A stretch of DNA of 64,000 nt from Blasia pusilla (Eukaryota), in assembly GCA_050084515.1 (NCBI GenBank), contig CM114271.1, forward strand, positions 15,004,001-15,068,000, in the 5' to 3' direction. This document shows positions 14,601 to 25,668 of the stretch, in pieces. The first letter of the stretch is position 1. Every line of letters begins with the position of its first letter. Both the position numbers and the translations under genes were made by a program. The notes beneath the pieces were generated by a model. That model worked only from the letters and a program-made list of their open reading frames with translations, did not search any database and was not told where the DNA came from.

Positions 14601-14834
14601 CCCTCACAAGATGGTACACCCTTAGCTACAACATCATCGAGAAAATAACTCCGCCACCAAAGATGAGCAACCAACTCCACATGCCCAGCCATTACATACC
14701 ATTTACTCCAAGGATGCAAAATACTACTCTCCTCGCTTGACCGATGCCTCTACCGTCCGGTAGCCATCGAGCTCATTACAAGGGGTGGAAGACCCCAGAC
14801 ATAGTCCAAGAAGTCGTATTTGCTCGCCATACCA

Positions 14835-15785
14835 AGACTCAAAATCCAAGTCAAACAATTTAGGTCCATGGCCTGACCCAACACATGACGTCGTGAAGCC
14901 TCGAAATAGAAGCAACCATTTGTCACACGATAGCAAATCCCCCATCGACGCTCTCTCTCATCAGCGTTAGGCTCCACCAACTGTCGCACATGAGAATCCC
15001 ATACTAGCCCCGGACCACCTTCCCTGTAGGCATGTGACGAGGGAAAACTCAAAAATGTGGGTAGTGCCATCCTAGGATGGCCCACACGGTTCACCACTGC
15101 CATGGGTGACCGATCAATAACCCTCACCACTTGAGAAAGTCGCCCAAGATATCAAGATACTATCCCTTTGTAAGGCGAGGATCATTTGCCTTTGCATCAT
15201 ATGCTCGACGTAGAACCTTCCTAGGCAACAAGTTTGTCCACCACAAGCGTGGATGATGTGCACGCGAGCCAACTCGCGCTGCATCCAACAACACCGCTGG
15301 TCCAATCCAAGACCGCACCTCATAAACACTCGCCATCATCCGGGTCCGAGTGTCACCCAACAATGGAACATTCTCGAATGTAAGCTAGAGCACGTGCCTG
15401 ATGAACTTGAAGATTTCGTAACACCCGTAACATCTCCCAAAACAATCGAGACCTAGGGTCATGTAATCCCTCACCCCGACCAGCACGTGTATGACCCTGA
15501 CATGGCCATCCAGCAATCACCAAATCCACAGGACCAATCCTCTCAAGGTCCTGCGCCCCAACAATGCAATGTGTGATGGTAAAAGCATTTGGTACCCACG
15601 AATAGCGATGGCGGCAACAACTCAGGGTATCTCGCATCAAGCGACTTATATGTCGAGATGAGACTCTCTGGGCCGTCTCATCTCGCTCCACATACACGTA
15701 TCTCCACACAGGAATACCGGCCTGCAACACTGCCGCCAAACCAGTGCTAATCCCACCAAAGAGATCTAACACACAAATGCCCTCC
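14835..15785 (-). pseudogene. DNMT3-like cytosine-5 DNA methyltransferase domain within the pol of copy 1 (frameshifted)
   Basis: Motif I ICVLDLFGGISTG; motif II YVYVE; catalytic motif IV DLVIAGWPCQG (~15494-15514); motif VI ENV (~15370, after a small frameshift); motif VIII LDAARVGSRAHHPRLWWTNL; motifs IX-X EPNADERER...SRRHVLGQAMDLNCL. Confidence 0.92.
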
Positions 15786-16932
15786 GGCGGATCGCCATAC
15801 AATGGGTGTAGTATCCAAAGGGGATAACCAATGGACAGAAGTAGGAGTCCGCCGTGGGGCCTCCCCTTCCTCGTGAGGTATAATGACCTCACACCAAGCC
15901 TCTGCACTAGGCGATCGCCTCTGCCGTAGTGCACCGCTGAACTCCAAAGTGGCACATCCAACGATGAGGATGCCCTTTGCTGCAAAAATAGGGACCTCCT
16001 CTACCTCTCTCATGCGCAGGAGAATCCATAGCGAAACATTACCCTCCAAAAGTCTCTGGCCAAGTGACTACTCCACTAAAACCAGCCCACAGGATGCTAA
16101 CACTTGTTGGGAAGAACCTCTGGTTGAGCCCGAAATAAATCTCACAGAACTTGGCTCATACGTCCATCCCGGACTGCCAACCTGGTCTATAAGACGCATT
16201 TGTCTCGATCCAAGTAATCCATCTGAAAACCCATCGGTACAATATTGCTCCTCCAACTAGTACATCATACGACTCGGGTGGTGTGACTACATGCAGATAC
16301 TCCCAACCGGGAGCTATCGGTCGCATGATATGGTCTCAAGCTGTATGAAAAACTTTTCTGTGTCATGAATTGAGACCTATCATTGGCTCCTCCAAGTGAT
16401 GTTTGAATCTGGAATGGGCAAGGCTCAAGCTCGACCTCCGAATACCCAAACCAATACATGCCGCCTTTCCCAACATCAAGGTTGGGCACGAGTCTAACAA
16501 GACTCTATCGGGTCTATACACTGTCTGTAGGACTTACCAATCGGAAGATCCCACTGGTTGTCCAACATACATACACCAGGTGTGAGCCTCTCACGATCAA
16601 TGGTGGCCGGGTGGTAATGCATCCATCTTCGCCGCTGGTGCCTGCCAAGTAGCACTGGTACTCAATGCTACTCCTAACATAGAGGGTCGCTCCACCGCAA
16701 CACCCTCATCCACCTCAACACGTGTAGCAGTAACACCCCCACGTTCACACAACGTGGCTGCTAACTGAAATACAGGAGCTAAGTCAACTCCTAAAGCCAT
16801 CGACTCGTGGCGAAAACAATGGGGATCCCAACACCGAAGTTGCCATCCGCAATCTTGCATTGATCTTTGCATCCGTGTCTACTACACGCGATGTAGATGC
16901 CTCAGTCCCCACTGTCGGCTCAATAGGCTGCG

Positions 16933-16986
16933 TAGGAACCATGGATGGAGTCCTAAGCATAGGAACCATGGATGGAGTCCTAAGCA
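16933..16986. repeat. Perfect 27-bp in-frame tandem duplication inside copy 1
   Basis: TAGGAACCATGGATGGAGTCCTAAGCA occurs twice (LRTPSMVP repeated). Copy 2 has a single unit (MRTPSMGP). Confidence 0.9.
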
Positions 16987-17274
16987 CCTCTGACAACAAG
17001 AATGACTGGGGAAGCCTAGCCTGCCTCCCAGCCTCACCCCTCTGTGGGTCCAACTCCACAGTAGCACCACGTGGCTCTGACGCTCGAGTGGCTCCTCAGA
17101 ATAGCTGCTGGTGATGCCTCGGATGCGCACACAGATTCACACTGCAACATAGGCCACAAGCCACGAACATCCACGGTGAGTACACAATCAGCCCTAACCA
17201 GATCCTCTTGATCTACAATCGAAGCTACCATCGATCTACTCCAGTTCTTTGAGTGAAATCCGTGAAAGACCTAC

Positions 17275-17622
17275 TGTCATAAAACACGTTTACAATCACA
17301 TACAATCGAGCCAAACCCACTCCACGATGGGAGAATCCAGGTCGAAGCTTGCGGGAAACACCATAGCCAAGAGCTCTACTCACTACCAAGGCTAACTCCC
17401 AACGCATAAAGCTCAACACAAAGAATCGATTTGTTCTTTGAGTGCACTCCACCTTATATCCTCCAACCTAAGAGCGGGCCCTACTGGGAAAGTCACCCCC
17501 AACTGAGTAACCCCCAACCCTATGTATGAAACCGCATCTCTACCAATCCACTACGGTCCTACATAAGGAATGGCCTCTACTAGCACACCATACTCTACGA
17601 CATAATCCGTATGGTCATGACA
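17275..17622 (-). repeat. Probable 5' LTR of copy 1 (348 bp)
   Basis: Bounded by TGTCAT...ATGACA, with a TATA-like GATATAAG on the - strand (~17453-17460). It abuts the TSD. I could not align a matching second LTR. Confidence 0.55.
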
Positions 17623-17871
17623 AGATACAAAACGCTCATTCTTGCTGTGGTGAAAAGAGAGAATGGCTGAAGATACAATCTTTATAATTAAAAGACGAGG
17701 TTAGAACAAACCCTCTTCAAGTGTTGACACCTGTCTTTTTAAGGCTCCTCTTTTGTTGACACGTGTCCACTTAGTGTTAACGAGATGTTATTTGAAGAGC
17801 CCTTATTGTTAGGAGAATGTTATTTGAAGGAAATTGAACTGCCACATGTGCATTTAACGGCAACATACTAA

Positions 17872-18032
17872 TCTATATGATCAAAAGAGGACACCTTAGG
17901 AGGGTTTAGGGAAACCCTCCTAAGGTGTCGACACTTGTCCTCTAAGGGCTTTTATGGGGTCGACACATGTCGTTTTGAAAGAGGGAGTTGGAAAATTAAA
18001 TATCACTCGTGCATAGCATGGGCATTGGCTAC
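17872..18032 (+). mobile_element. Short non-autonomous Helitron-like element with an internal perfect hairpin
   Basis: Starts A|TCTATATG. Ends in a degenerate GC hairpin CTCGTGCATAGCATGGG followed by CTAC|T (CTAG-like). The same 3' motif recurs at ~62950. Contains an 18-bp perfect inverted repeat at 17890-17929. Confidence 0.5.
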
Positions 18033-18165
18033 TCATTTTTATTTATGAACTTAGGTTGTGGGGAAAAGTGTAGTTCCTCCTCCCAAGAATCCTTCCATAG
18101 TCATTCTTATTTATGAATTTAGGTTGTGGGGAAAAGTATAGTTTCTCCTCCTAAGAATCCTTCCC
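18033..18165. repeat. Two-copy tandem duplication, period 68 bp
   Basis: TCATTYTTATTTATGAAYTTAGGTTGTGGGGAAAAGTRTAGTTYCTCCTCCYAAGAATCCTTCC starts at 18033 and 18101. Confidence 0.88.
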
Positions 18166-18480
18166 TACCTCTTCACGAACAAAAGATTAACTATGTCTGG
18201 ATTGGAACCTCAAAACCCTTTAAAACACATCTTGAGGAAATAATTGACGCACCCCGAAAACTCTTGGAGGATCTCATAGAATGCAAGGCACCCGCGCACA
18301 CTTCGATCCATGAGTGCCGGACATTTTCTACGTGCATAAGTTCTTAGGGCAAACAACGGGACAACCCAATGGTATCAAGCGCATAAACTCCAACATTTAC
18401 TCGCACGCGTTTGTGCGAGCGACGCCCGAAGGCGATTTCGCGACCGTTCATTCTCTTTCGAGTATGAATTCGAGTTTTCA

Positions 18481-18674
18481 TCTATATTATTATTGGAAAG
18501 TGCCTTCTTGATTTGCAAACACCTATCAATCTCACATGTAACAAATAAAAAATATTTCACATACTACTAAAACAATTTTTTTTTTCGAATTTGTACGCAA
18601 CAATAATAATCCTTCATAGGCTATACTCTAGAAAAACTTTTGAAAGAGTCTTTTATTGCACGGCACCTTATTAG
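18481..18674 (+). mobile_element. Non-autonomous Helitron-like dispersed repeat, copy A
   Basis: A|TCTATATTATTATTGG start. Shares TGCCTTYTTGATTTRCAAACA with 32752-32791 and 62757-62966, and AAAATATTTCACATA and GCTATACTCTAGAAAAACT with 62757-62966. Confidence 0.55.
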
Positions 18675-18966
18675 TCTACTATTCATACCTAAATGGCCCT
18701 TTCTACTAGTCTATTCGTACCTGAAAGTCCCTTCCACAGCATTCCATCCGCCTTCATTCGTTTCCCGGCGGAGCCGGGAGCGAGCGACTCCGCGGCGAAG
18801 AAATGAATGGATGTGGGAGTAGGTCGGCGTGAACCTGACAAAGCGCGATGCGGGGCGGGGGGATTCTCACAGCGCAGCGGATTGTCTCGGGCGGTTGATG
18901 AGCGCCTCATGACGGACAGACTTCGGCGAGAATTCGAACCCAATTCGAGCGCGCAATCGTCCGCGG

Positions 18967-21900
18967 ATGCTGGTGAAGGTGATGGAAGCGAAGACGTCGG
19001 TCGCCGAAATCTGGCAGTCGCTGAAAAGTCAGGTCGCGTCTCCTCGAAATCAAGGTCGCAATGCGCGCATGGATTGGAATGCCTTCTCGCAGAAGGACGA
19101 CACTCGCGGGCCTACCTCCGGCGCTGCAGTTCCTGCGCCCTTCATTCTCGGCATAGGTGGCCATCGATGCGCGGATCCCGCAGATCTGCGCAGCGCAGCG
19201 AGAGCTGTTCTCCACAACCTACACGAGGAGAGAGAGAATCAGAAGCAGTCGGCAGCCAAATCAGAAAACCCTCGCCATCTCCGGACACACTGTGATGAAT
19301 CTCCGGACATACTACACAAGCTCGAAGAGAATCGAGACCTAAATCAATCGACTGTCAAATGGAATCCTGCCTCTACAGGGTCGAGCTTTGATGAAGTTGT
19401 CATGACACAGGATCTTGAATCGGGTCAAGAGCAAGAGCCTTGCACCGTCAAACCAGAACGCTCTCCCCATGGAAAGCGCGATCAAAATCTGGACGAGAAG
19501 CAGAATCACGAACTGGTCGACGAAGATAAGGAGCGCACTTACAAGTCGTTGCCACCACCGGATGGAAGTAGTCCGGATGTTGGCCGTGGCATGCCCGCAA
19601 GTTTCATAGCGGGTGGGGAGCATGTCGAGGAGCAGGTCTCAGACTCAGAGCTCGAAACCGCAGAGGAGATGAAGGAGCGAAGTAACGACTCTTTGGATAC
19701 ACACGTATCTGTAATTCACGATTGGGATCATGAAAGCTGTCCATTTCAAGACGGGAGGGGGCCAAAGTCTGCCACTGATGAGGAGCTGCTGAAGATTATT
19801 AACAAAGATGCAAACTGCTTACATGATTCCAGGATTGATGTGAGGTACGAGGCCCTGCAGAGCCTCAGCCGGGCCCTACTTGGTGACTTCGTAGGAGAGG
19901 TGCGCCACCAATATGCGAAAAGATCCTCCGATCAGGAGCATGAGCAGCAGGCACAGGCTGTGGATTTCAATGCGGGTCTATTCGAGAACACCGAGAAGTA
20001 TGTATGGTGCGTGGAGGAGATTGTCATCAAAGCGCTGCTCAAAACCTTCGGCGATTCTTCCGAGAGATGTCGCTACCTTTCTGTGTCCATCATCTTATCG
20101 TACGCCGTCTGCCTTCCTAAGCTTTTCACTCCGACAATCGCACAATCTTATCCTCTGCTCCACGGCCCACGGAAAGATTAGATTCGCGGGTTCATTGAAT
20201 CGCCGATATCCTTCTAAGCTCATAACCTTCTGAAATAAACATCTGCATCAAATCTTTCTTGCAGAATCAAGGACCTAGAGCATTGATTTCGGGAAATAGT
20301 TCAGGATGCTCTGTGAACTACATCTTCTCGGGTCAATATACCCCTCGGTCCGTCGGTTGATTGAGACACCAGATATCCTGCTAATCTGCCTGCATCGAAC
20401 ACACTTAACGTTTCTATTTGCACCATCTAGGACCCAGCGCGTCAGTTCCAACAACCGTCCAGGACGATTTGTGAGCTCTATCATCGAAACAGATATAGAT
20501 GCCGACATGGATTGTCGTGAGTCTCGGTAACAGTGAACGGATTGAACAAGCGATGAATGAACCAGTGCACTTTGCCCCCCAGATTGACTACTCAGCGACA
20601 GTGCTGAAACCGTCATAGACTATCTTCAGAAGGGAAGGACCGATTGAATGAATTTGCATCAAGATACAAGAGCGTTTGATCGTTCCAGCAGCAGTGATGA
20701 AAGCATCACCGTCTGTTCGTTCCACCAGAGAAAGTGAACTAATCCTTTGGCGGCTTTACCTCCAAGACCTGTTGTCACCGGAACAAAGCCCAATTCCAAT
20801 TCGTCGTGAACGGAGCGATGCTGACATGTGTTATGTATGCGCTTCCGCAGGCTGTTGCAGTCCGTCCCTCGGTCTGTTGTGTCCCTGCTCCCTTATATTC
20901 TCCCAGTGATTTCCTCTCGCCTTCCCATCAAGTCGCTTCCAACTGAAGATCCGGCCTCAAAGGTATGCAAAGAGTTCACAGACAAGGAACGTTTGGAGGT
21001 CATCCTAGTCGAGAGCGGTCATGGGTGGGTGGTGAGCGGCATTTAGGAGCAAAAGTCTGAGAAATTTCGCATTCCTGTGAGAAGAATCTGGGCGAGGAGA
21101 GACATGCGTGGCCTGAGAAACTGGAGGGCTTACAGTGAGGGAAGAGAAATTGGTGAATTGACGATGATGCCACTCTTCGAACGTCGTGCAACAGCTTCAG
21201 TGCCAAGTCTTGAGAAGAATAGGGTGCTCAGCAACAATCTGATCGCCTTTTGAGGCAACGAGAAGATGAATCAATGAATCAAACAGGGACGTCGGATAGT
21301 TGATGGTTCCTCTTCTTCGGATAGCTCATTGGCTTACACGATCTCATCACCTTTTTGAAGGCAAGGCAATGAGAGGACGAATCGAACAGGGCTATCGGAC
21401 AGTCGATACCTATACAGTTGGGAGAGCTGAACCTCTCACAATCTGATCTACCTCTGAACTAGAAGCCTATCGACGAATATGGAGAGTTAATCACCTTCTT
21501 GTTCCGGTGTAAGACCCACTTACCCCGGAACAACGAGGTGATCAACTCTCTAGCGGCGGAAAGTGTAGTAGGTCCACGAATCCGATGGATATGAGACTGA
21601 CTGGCTGGTGTGGCAGGTAGAGGTGATCGTCGTCGAAAAATCCGAGGAGGTTCGTTTGTTGTTGCTGGAACTCTTACACGGTCTGCTAAAGAAGGCCCGC
21701 TCTATGATTCACCCCTTCGCTTCAGATGTGGCAACAATCCTCACTGCAGCTTCTTGTGATTTTTATCCGGAAGTTCTCACGGTAAGACTCTTTCAAAGCC
21801 TACAACAAAACCACTTTGACGGAGAAACAAGTTGCCACACATCTAAAGAGTTTCCCGTATTACCACATTGTCGATGCCACGAAGGTGCTCCCTCAACGAA

Positions 21901-24900
21901 GAACTCACTCCGGAGTTTCAGCTGAATGGGAACCGGGTGGACAAGGATGCCTATGTTGACTTTGGTGTCCTTAAGTTGGAGTTGTGTAAAGCAACAGATT
22001 CCAGGACTGCTCAATGATTGTGGGTTTTGCAGGAAACGTTTGCTGCTTTGACTCTATTTGGCGAGACATGTGGTCACAAGTTGAAGCCTGTGGCAAAGCA
22101 GCTGATCTCGGTGGTTTCGCGTTCCCTTGCCCACAATCGCCAGAGCGTACGGGTAGCTGCCGTACGCGCCATACACAGGTGAGATCCAAAAGCGAAGTAT
22201 ATTTCACCGATTCCGGATAGTCGTTCTGATTGAACAAGCCCACCATGGATAGCTCATAAGTACCGTGAGAGGCAGCTACTGGCAAGTGGAAGTCAGGGAG
22301 ACCGGCTTTAGGAAAGAAAAACTCCATAATCGGAAGCAGACCGATGGCTAGAAGCAGCACATACAGCCATAAACTAAAGAAGGAAACATCGTGAGAACTC
22401 GAGAGTCGAGACATGTGTTCTACAGCTGATGAAGAGACTCTTAACTGCGGAAGCTACTGGTAAATTAGTCATTAACAAGAACGACAAGTACAAGAGATCA
22501 AGGATGTGGGTCTGAAGAAGAATGTGAGCATCCTGGTCGTTAATCTGATGCTCAGAGACCTGGCCTTAACATCAGCATTTGTGGATGCAGGCTCGTTCTG
22601 TGTGGGGCTCATGAGAGCATCTATGATCTTACAGCATATAGGGACCCCAACGTCATTCCCATTCGAGCGTTCTATCATCCAGATCCCAAGGCAAGAGACC
22701 ATAGCTCCTACGGAATGTTCTGGTAAAGTTCAGTCTGTTACATTGTCGCTTCTGAAGCCTGAAATCCTCCGTAACAATCAGTCCACTGCCCACCCTGAGA
22801 TTCCTCTGCAAAAGTCCTGCTTTTGTAACACACCTTCGACATGTTGCAGACTCAGTATTTGGCATTGCTAGCTGGTGACAGAAGCATTCAAGTGCGAGAG
22901 CAGCTGCTCAAAACTGTGGCCAGCTGGCTCTGCGAGCTTGATGAAAGGAAGGAGCATGAATGCCGACTTGTACCGTAACTCTCATAACGCAGTATACTTG
23001 TCCAACTGGAGTTCCATGAAGACAAAACCTATCCATGAAGAGCAGTTCGAATCATATTCCCTGTTCTGGTTGTCATGTAGCTCCATCGGTTGAAGGAGTG
23101 ATGAGTCTGTAACGTCCGCTTGACATGCATCCGCTGTTTTCGCTCTATGCAGGTATATCTTGAGTGGTTTCACCGATACAAGCCCAGATATTCGGGATCT
23201 TGCCTTCCAACTCATGGAAAAAATCGGTCGTCAGTAAGTTTCAGAGACAGTTGATGAGTGGGATGCACGCGAGTGTTGCTTCGAAAACCTGCTAGAAGGA
23301 GGCCGCTTCAGTGTGTTAGTGCTCACCAGTCCCAAACGATGCAACGCCCTCTCCACACGAGGCATTGCAAGTAGTTCATGAGCTTGCAAAGGGGCACACA
23401 CTTTTGGAAGACTCGTATTCACAGTTTTTGACAATTTTTTCCTTCAACTTCGCAGTGAGTGAGTGACGGCTGGCGGTCCTTTACACACTCGATAATTTCC
23501 AAGTGGGGGACAATTCTACTTCCATCACACGCTTCCTCCTTTTTCCGTGTCTCCAGCTTCATCTTTGTCACTGTGCAGTATCCTGCTTTCCTGCCACAAT
23601 CCTTTTTTTATTTCTTATCCTGGGCCAACAATCAACAACTCCAGGGGATTTCATTCCAAACTTCATAAATTCTCAGCATTCCTGTCTCCACTCTCGTCCG
23701 CCCATCACATTCACTTACGCTAGGAATATGGAACAACCGACTTGCTAGAAAGGTGAGTTATTCAGCAAACCAGGGTGCTTCTTATGTCTGGTGGATGCAA
23801 AATGCATGAACCGTGAACTGATGGACGTGCTTGTGTGCTAGATATGAGGCGGAAAATGAGAACGAAGTTTCAGACATCCAAGTGTATATGCCTGAAGACA
23901 TCGATAATCTCGGCATGGTGGCCGGAAAACCACTACCAAAGGCTTTCAAATGTCCGTGCACTGACCCCTCCCTCCTTTTCTTGAACTACACAGCCAATTT
24001 TTCTTTGTACTAGTCATCTTAGTTAAAGCCAGAGCGAATTGTGCTGTTGTTACACACCAAATCCGTCATCTGAAATGACTCACAATCCCTCACAGAAGCC
24101 ATGCGTGTTACATGCATGGTCACATGACCTTCAATAGTTGCTTCAGTGGGCAGGCTTTCTGATTATTACAGGCACTGCCATCTGTTTCCTCTGCAGTCAG
24201 GCCTTGTCTAGGAGCACGAATACTTGTAAGAAGTTGTGTTTCAGTCATGCTTCATGCACTCAGTGGAGATCTGGAAGCTTGGACATCAGGGACAAAGGCT
24301 CTAGCTGCAGATTTTCTGTATACCATGCTCCTGTTTGCCGAGGAACACATCACTATGCACTTACAATCCGTAGTAATCCTACTCATGAAAGCATTCGATG
24401 ATCCCCAGATTGAAGAAAAGGTCAGTGGACAGTCTTTTCGGCCCAGATCCACTAATAAGTATTAGCCTTTAGGTGCAATCTGAATTTTGACCCCTCGCTC
24501 GCTGTACAGTATTCCACGGGTCCTGCAGGGACTGGTCTTAATAAATAAAGAAACCAGTAGAATGGTCTAGCTCAGAGCGCAGGTCTAAACGAACAAACCT
24601 CCTCAATCAATTGAATGAGCCAATAGATAGACTCAGGCGTCAACGCTGAACTGTGATCATAGAAAGCACATGATGATGATAATTTTCTTCGATTTCCAGA
24701 TTTCCGAATGTGCACAGGTGATTGGATTCTTCGTAGATCCGGCTGCCTATTTGATGGTCCTCCTGCCGAGAATTACTGGAGAGTTCAACAGCGATATGTC
24801 CGTCCAACAGTTGCTACAGGCTCTGAAAGTTTTGGAGAAGATCATGGAAGGGACCCCTCACCCTCGTTTGACCAAACACGTCCCTCAATTGTGCTCGGTC

Positions 24901-25668
24901 CTCTCCGAGTCGGACCTCATGAGTTCTATTCAGTTGTAAGCACCTTCTTCACCCCTCCCTCGACTAAAGCTTCTTAAAATTTCGAATTGGCTGAAGATTT
25001 GTCCTTCTAGCCCTAGATCTTCGGATGCATCTGAAACGGAGACAGATCCACAGAGCGAATTGTGATCAGAGTTATGGACTTCAATTGCAGCGAGGTGAAT
25101 CAGAGCATAGTGGCACAGGCGAGGATGATGGTGAAGGCATGGACTACCGAGTGCAGTAACGAAACCATATCCCTTCTCTGGATCCTTTTGAACACTGCGG
25201 CTGCAATGGATTTCTGTGGAAGACCAGCGCCGGAAGTAATGCCCCGCAGTTCAAATTCCCTTGCGCTTCAAATCATGTTGGTCCAATTGTCCACGTTGTT
25301 GCGCTGCACGTGTTCCGTTTGAAACCTCCATCGTAGCTCCCTCTCTCTTGAGCCTCATTGATAGAATCTGGAATCTCTCCCTCTCCCTCTCCCATTTCCG
25401 CACAGTTGCACGCACGCACTACTCTCGTCGAGAAGGAACGCTGAAGAGTTGGGGGGGGAGGCAGGCCGAGGCGGGGCTCCATGCGCTAGCGATGTCGTCG
25501 GGAATGGGGTCGAGAGAAGCTCTGGTTGCTGCGCACGCGGACACCGTTTTGGATCTCTTGCCGCACCCCCAATTTTGGGCCATGCGGTCGCTGCATGTGC
25601 ACGTCTTCTCGAGACTCCTTGGAATCGCACTTTTCCTCCCTCCCGCCACTCAGCAACGGTGCGTATGA
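18967..25668 (+). CDS. DNAAF5: Dynein axonemal assembly factor 5 (HEATR2)-like HEAT-repeat protein; at least 12 exons, start and 3' end uncertain
   Basis: Exons: 18967-20099, 20851-20962, 21617-21781, 22033-22178, 22591-22690 (GC donor), 22850-22974, 23153-23233, 23842-23951, 24197-24420, 24700-24935, 25091-25235, 25465-25658/25668. Peptides matching DNAAF5 as I recall it: LLKTFGDSSERCR, EKSEEVRLLLLELL, LAHNRQSVRVAAV, RLVPYILSGFTD, RPCLGARILV, DLEAWTSGTK...LLFAEEHITMHL, AQVIGFFVDP. Confidence 0.8.

Larger units (their letters stand above)
11215..17622 (-). mobile_element. Ty3/gypsy retrotransposon copy 1 (degenerate): protease - C5 DNA methyltransferase - RT - RNase H - integrase - PHD finger; gag largely missing
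   Basis: Termini TGTCGTG (11215) and CATGACA (17622) are flanked by AGAT on both sides (11211-11214, 17623-17626). Minus-strand frameshifted fragments: protease VLLDS(G)AQPLML ~16490; DNMT 14835-15785; RT DRYAMPTPEEIFD, LPFGLKNA, CYIDDILVFS ~13900-14300; RNase H FTLVTDHHPLKWL, VHRPGVANLDADGLSR; integrase HEELAHFG...YWWRGM, VMVEHFSKWIE, VLTDQ, HPEADGLAE; terminal PHD. The RT-RH-INT order is Ty3/gypsy. Confidence 0.93.

Noticed and set aside
14835-15785. Host DRM/DNMT3 gene or bacterial contamination as the source of the methyltransferase
   Set aside because: It is intronless, embedded between protease and RT, and repeated at the same position in a second copy; the flanking genes are intron-containing plant genes.
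18807-19295. 162-aa Arg/Ser-rich ORF overlapping the DNAAF5-like first exon
   Set aside because: Alternative frame of GC-rich exon/UTR sequence; no homology recognised.
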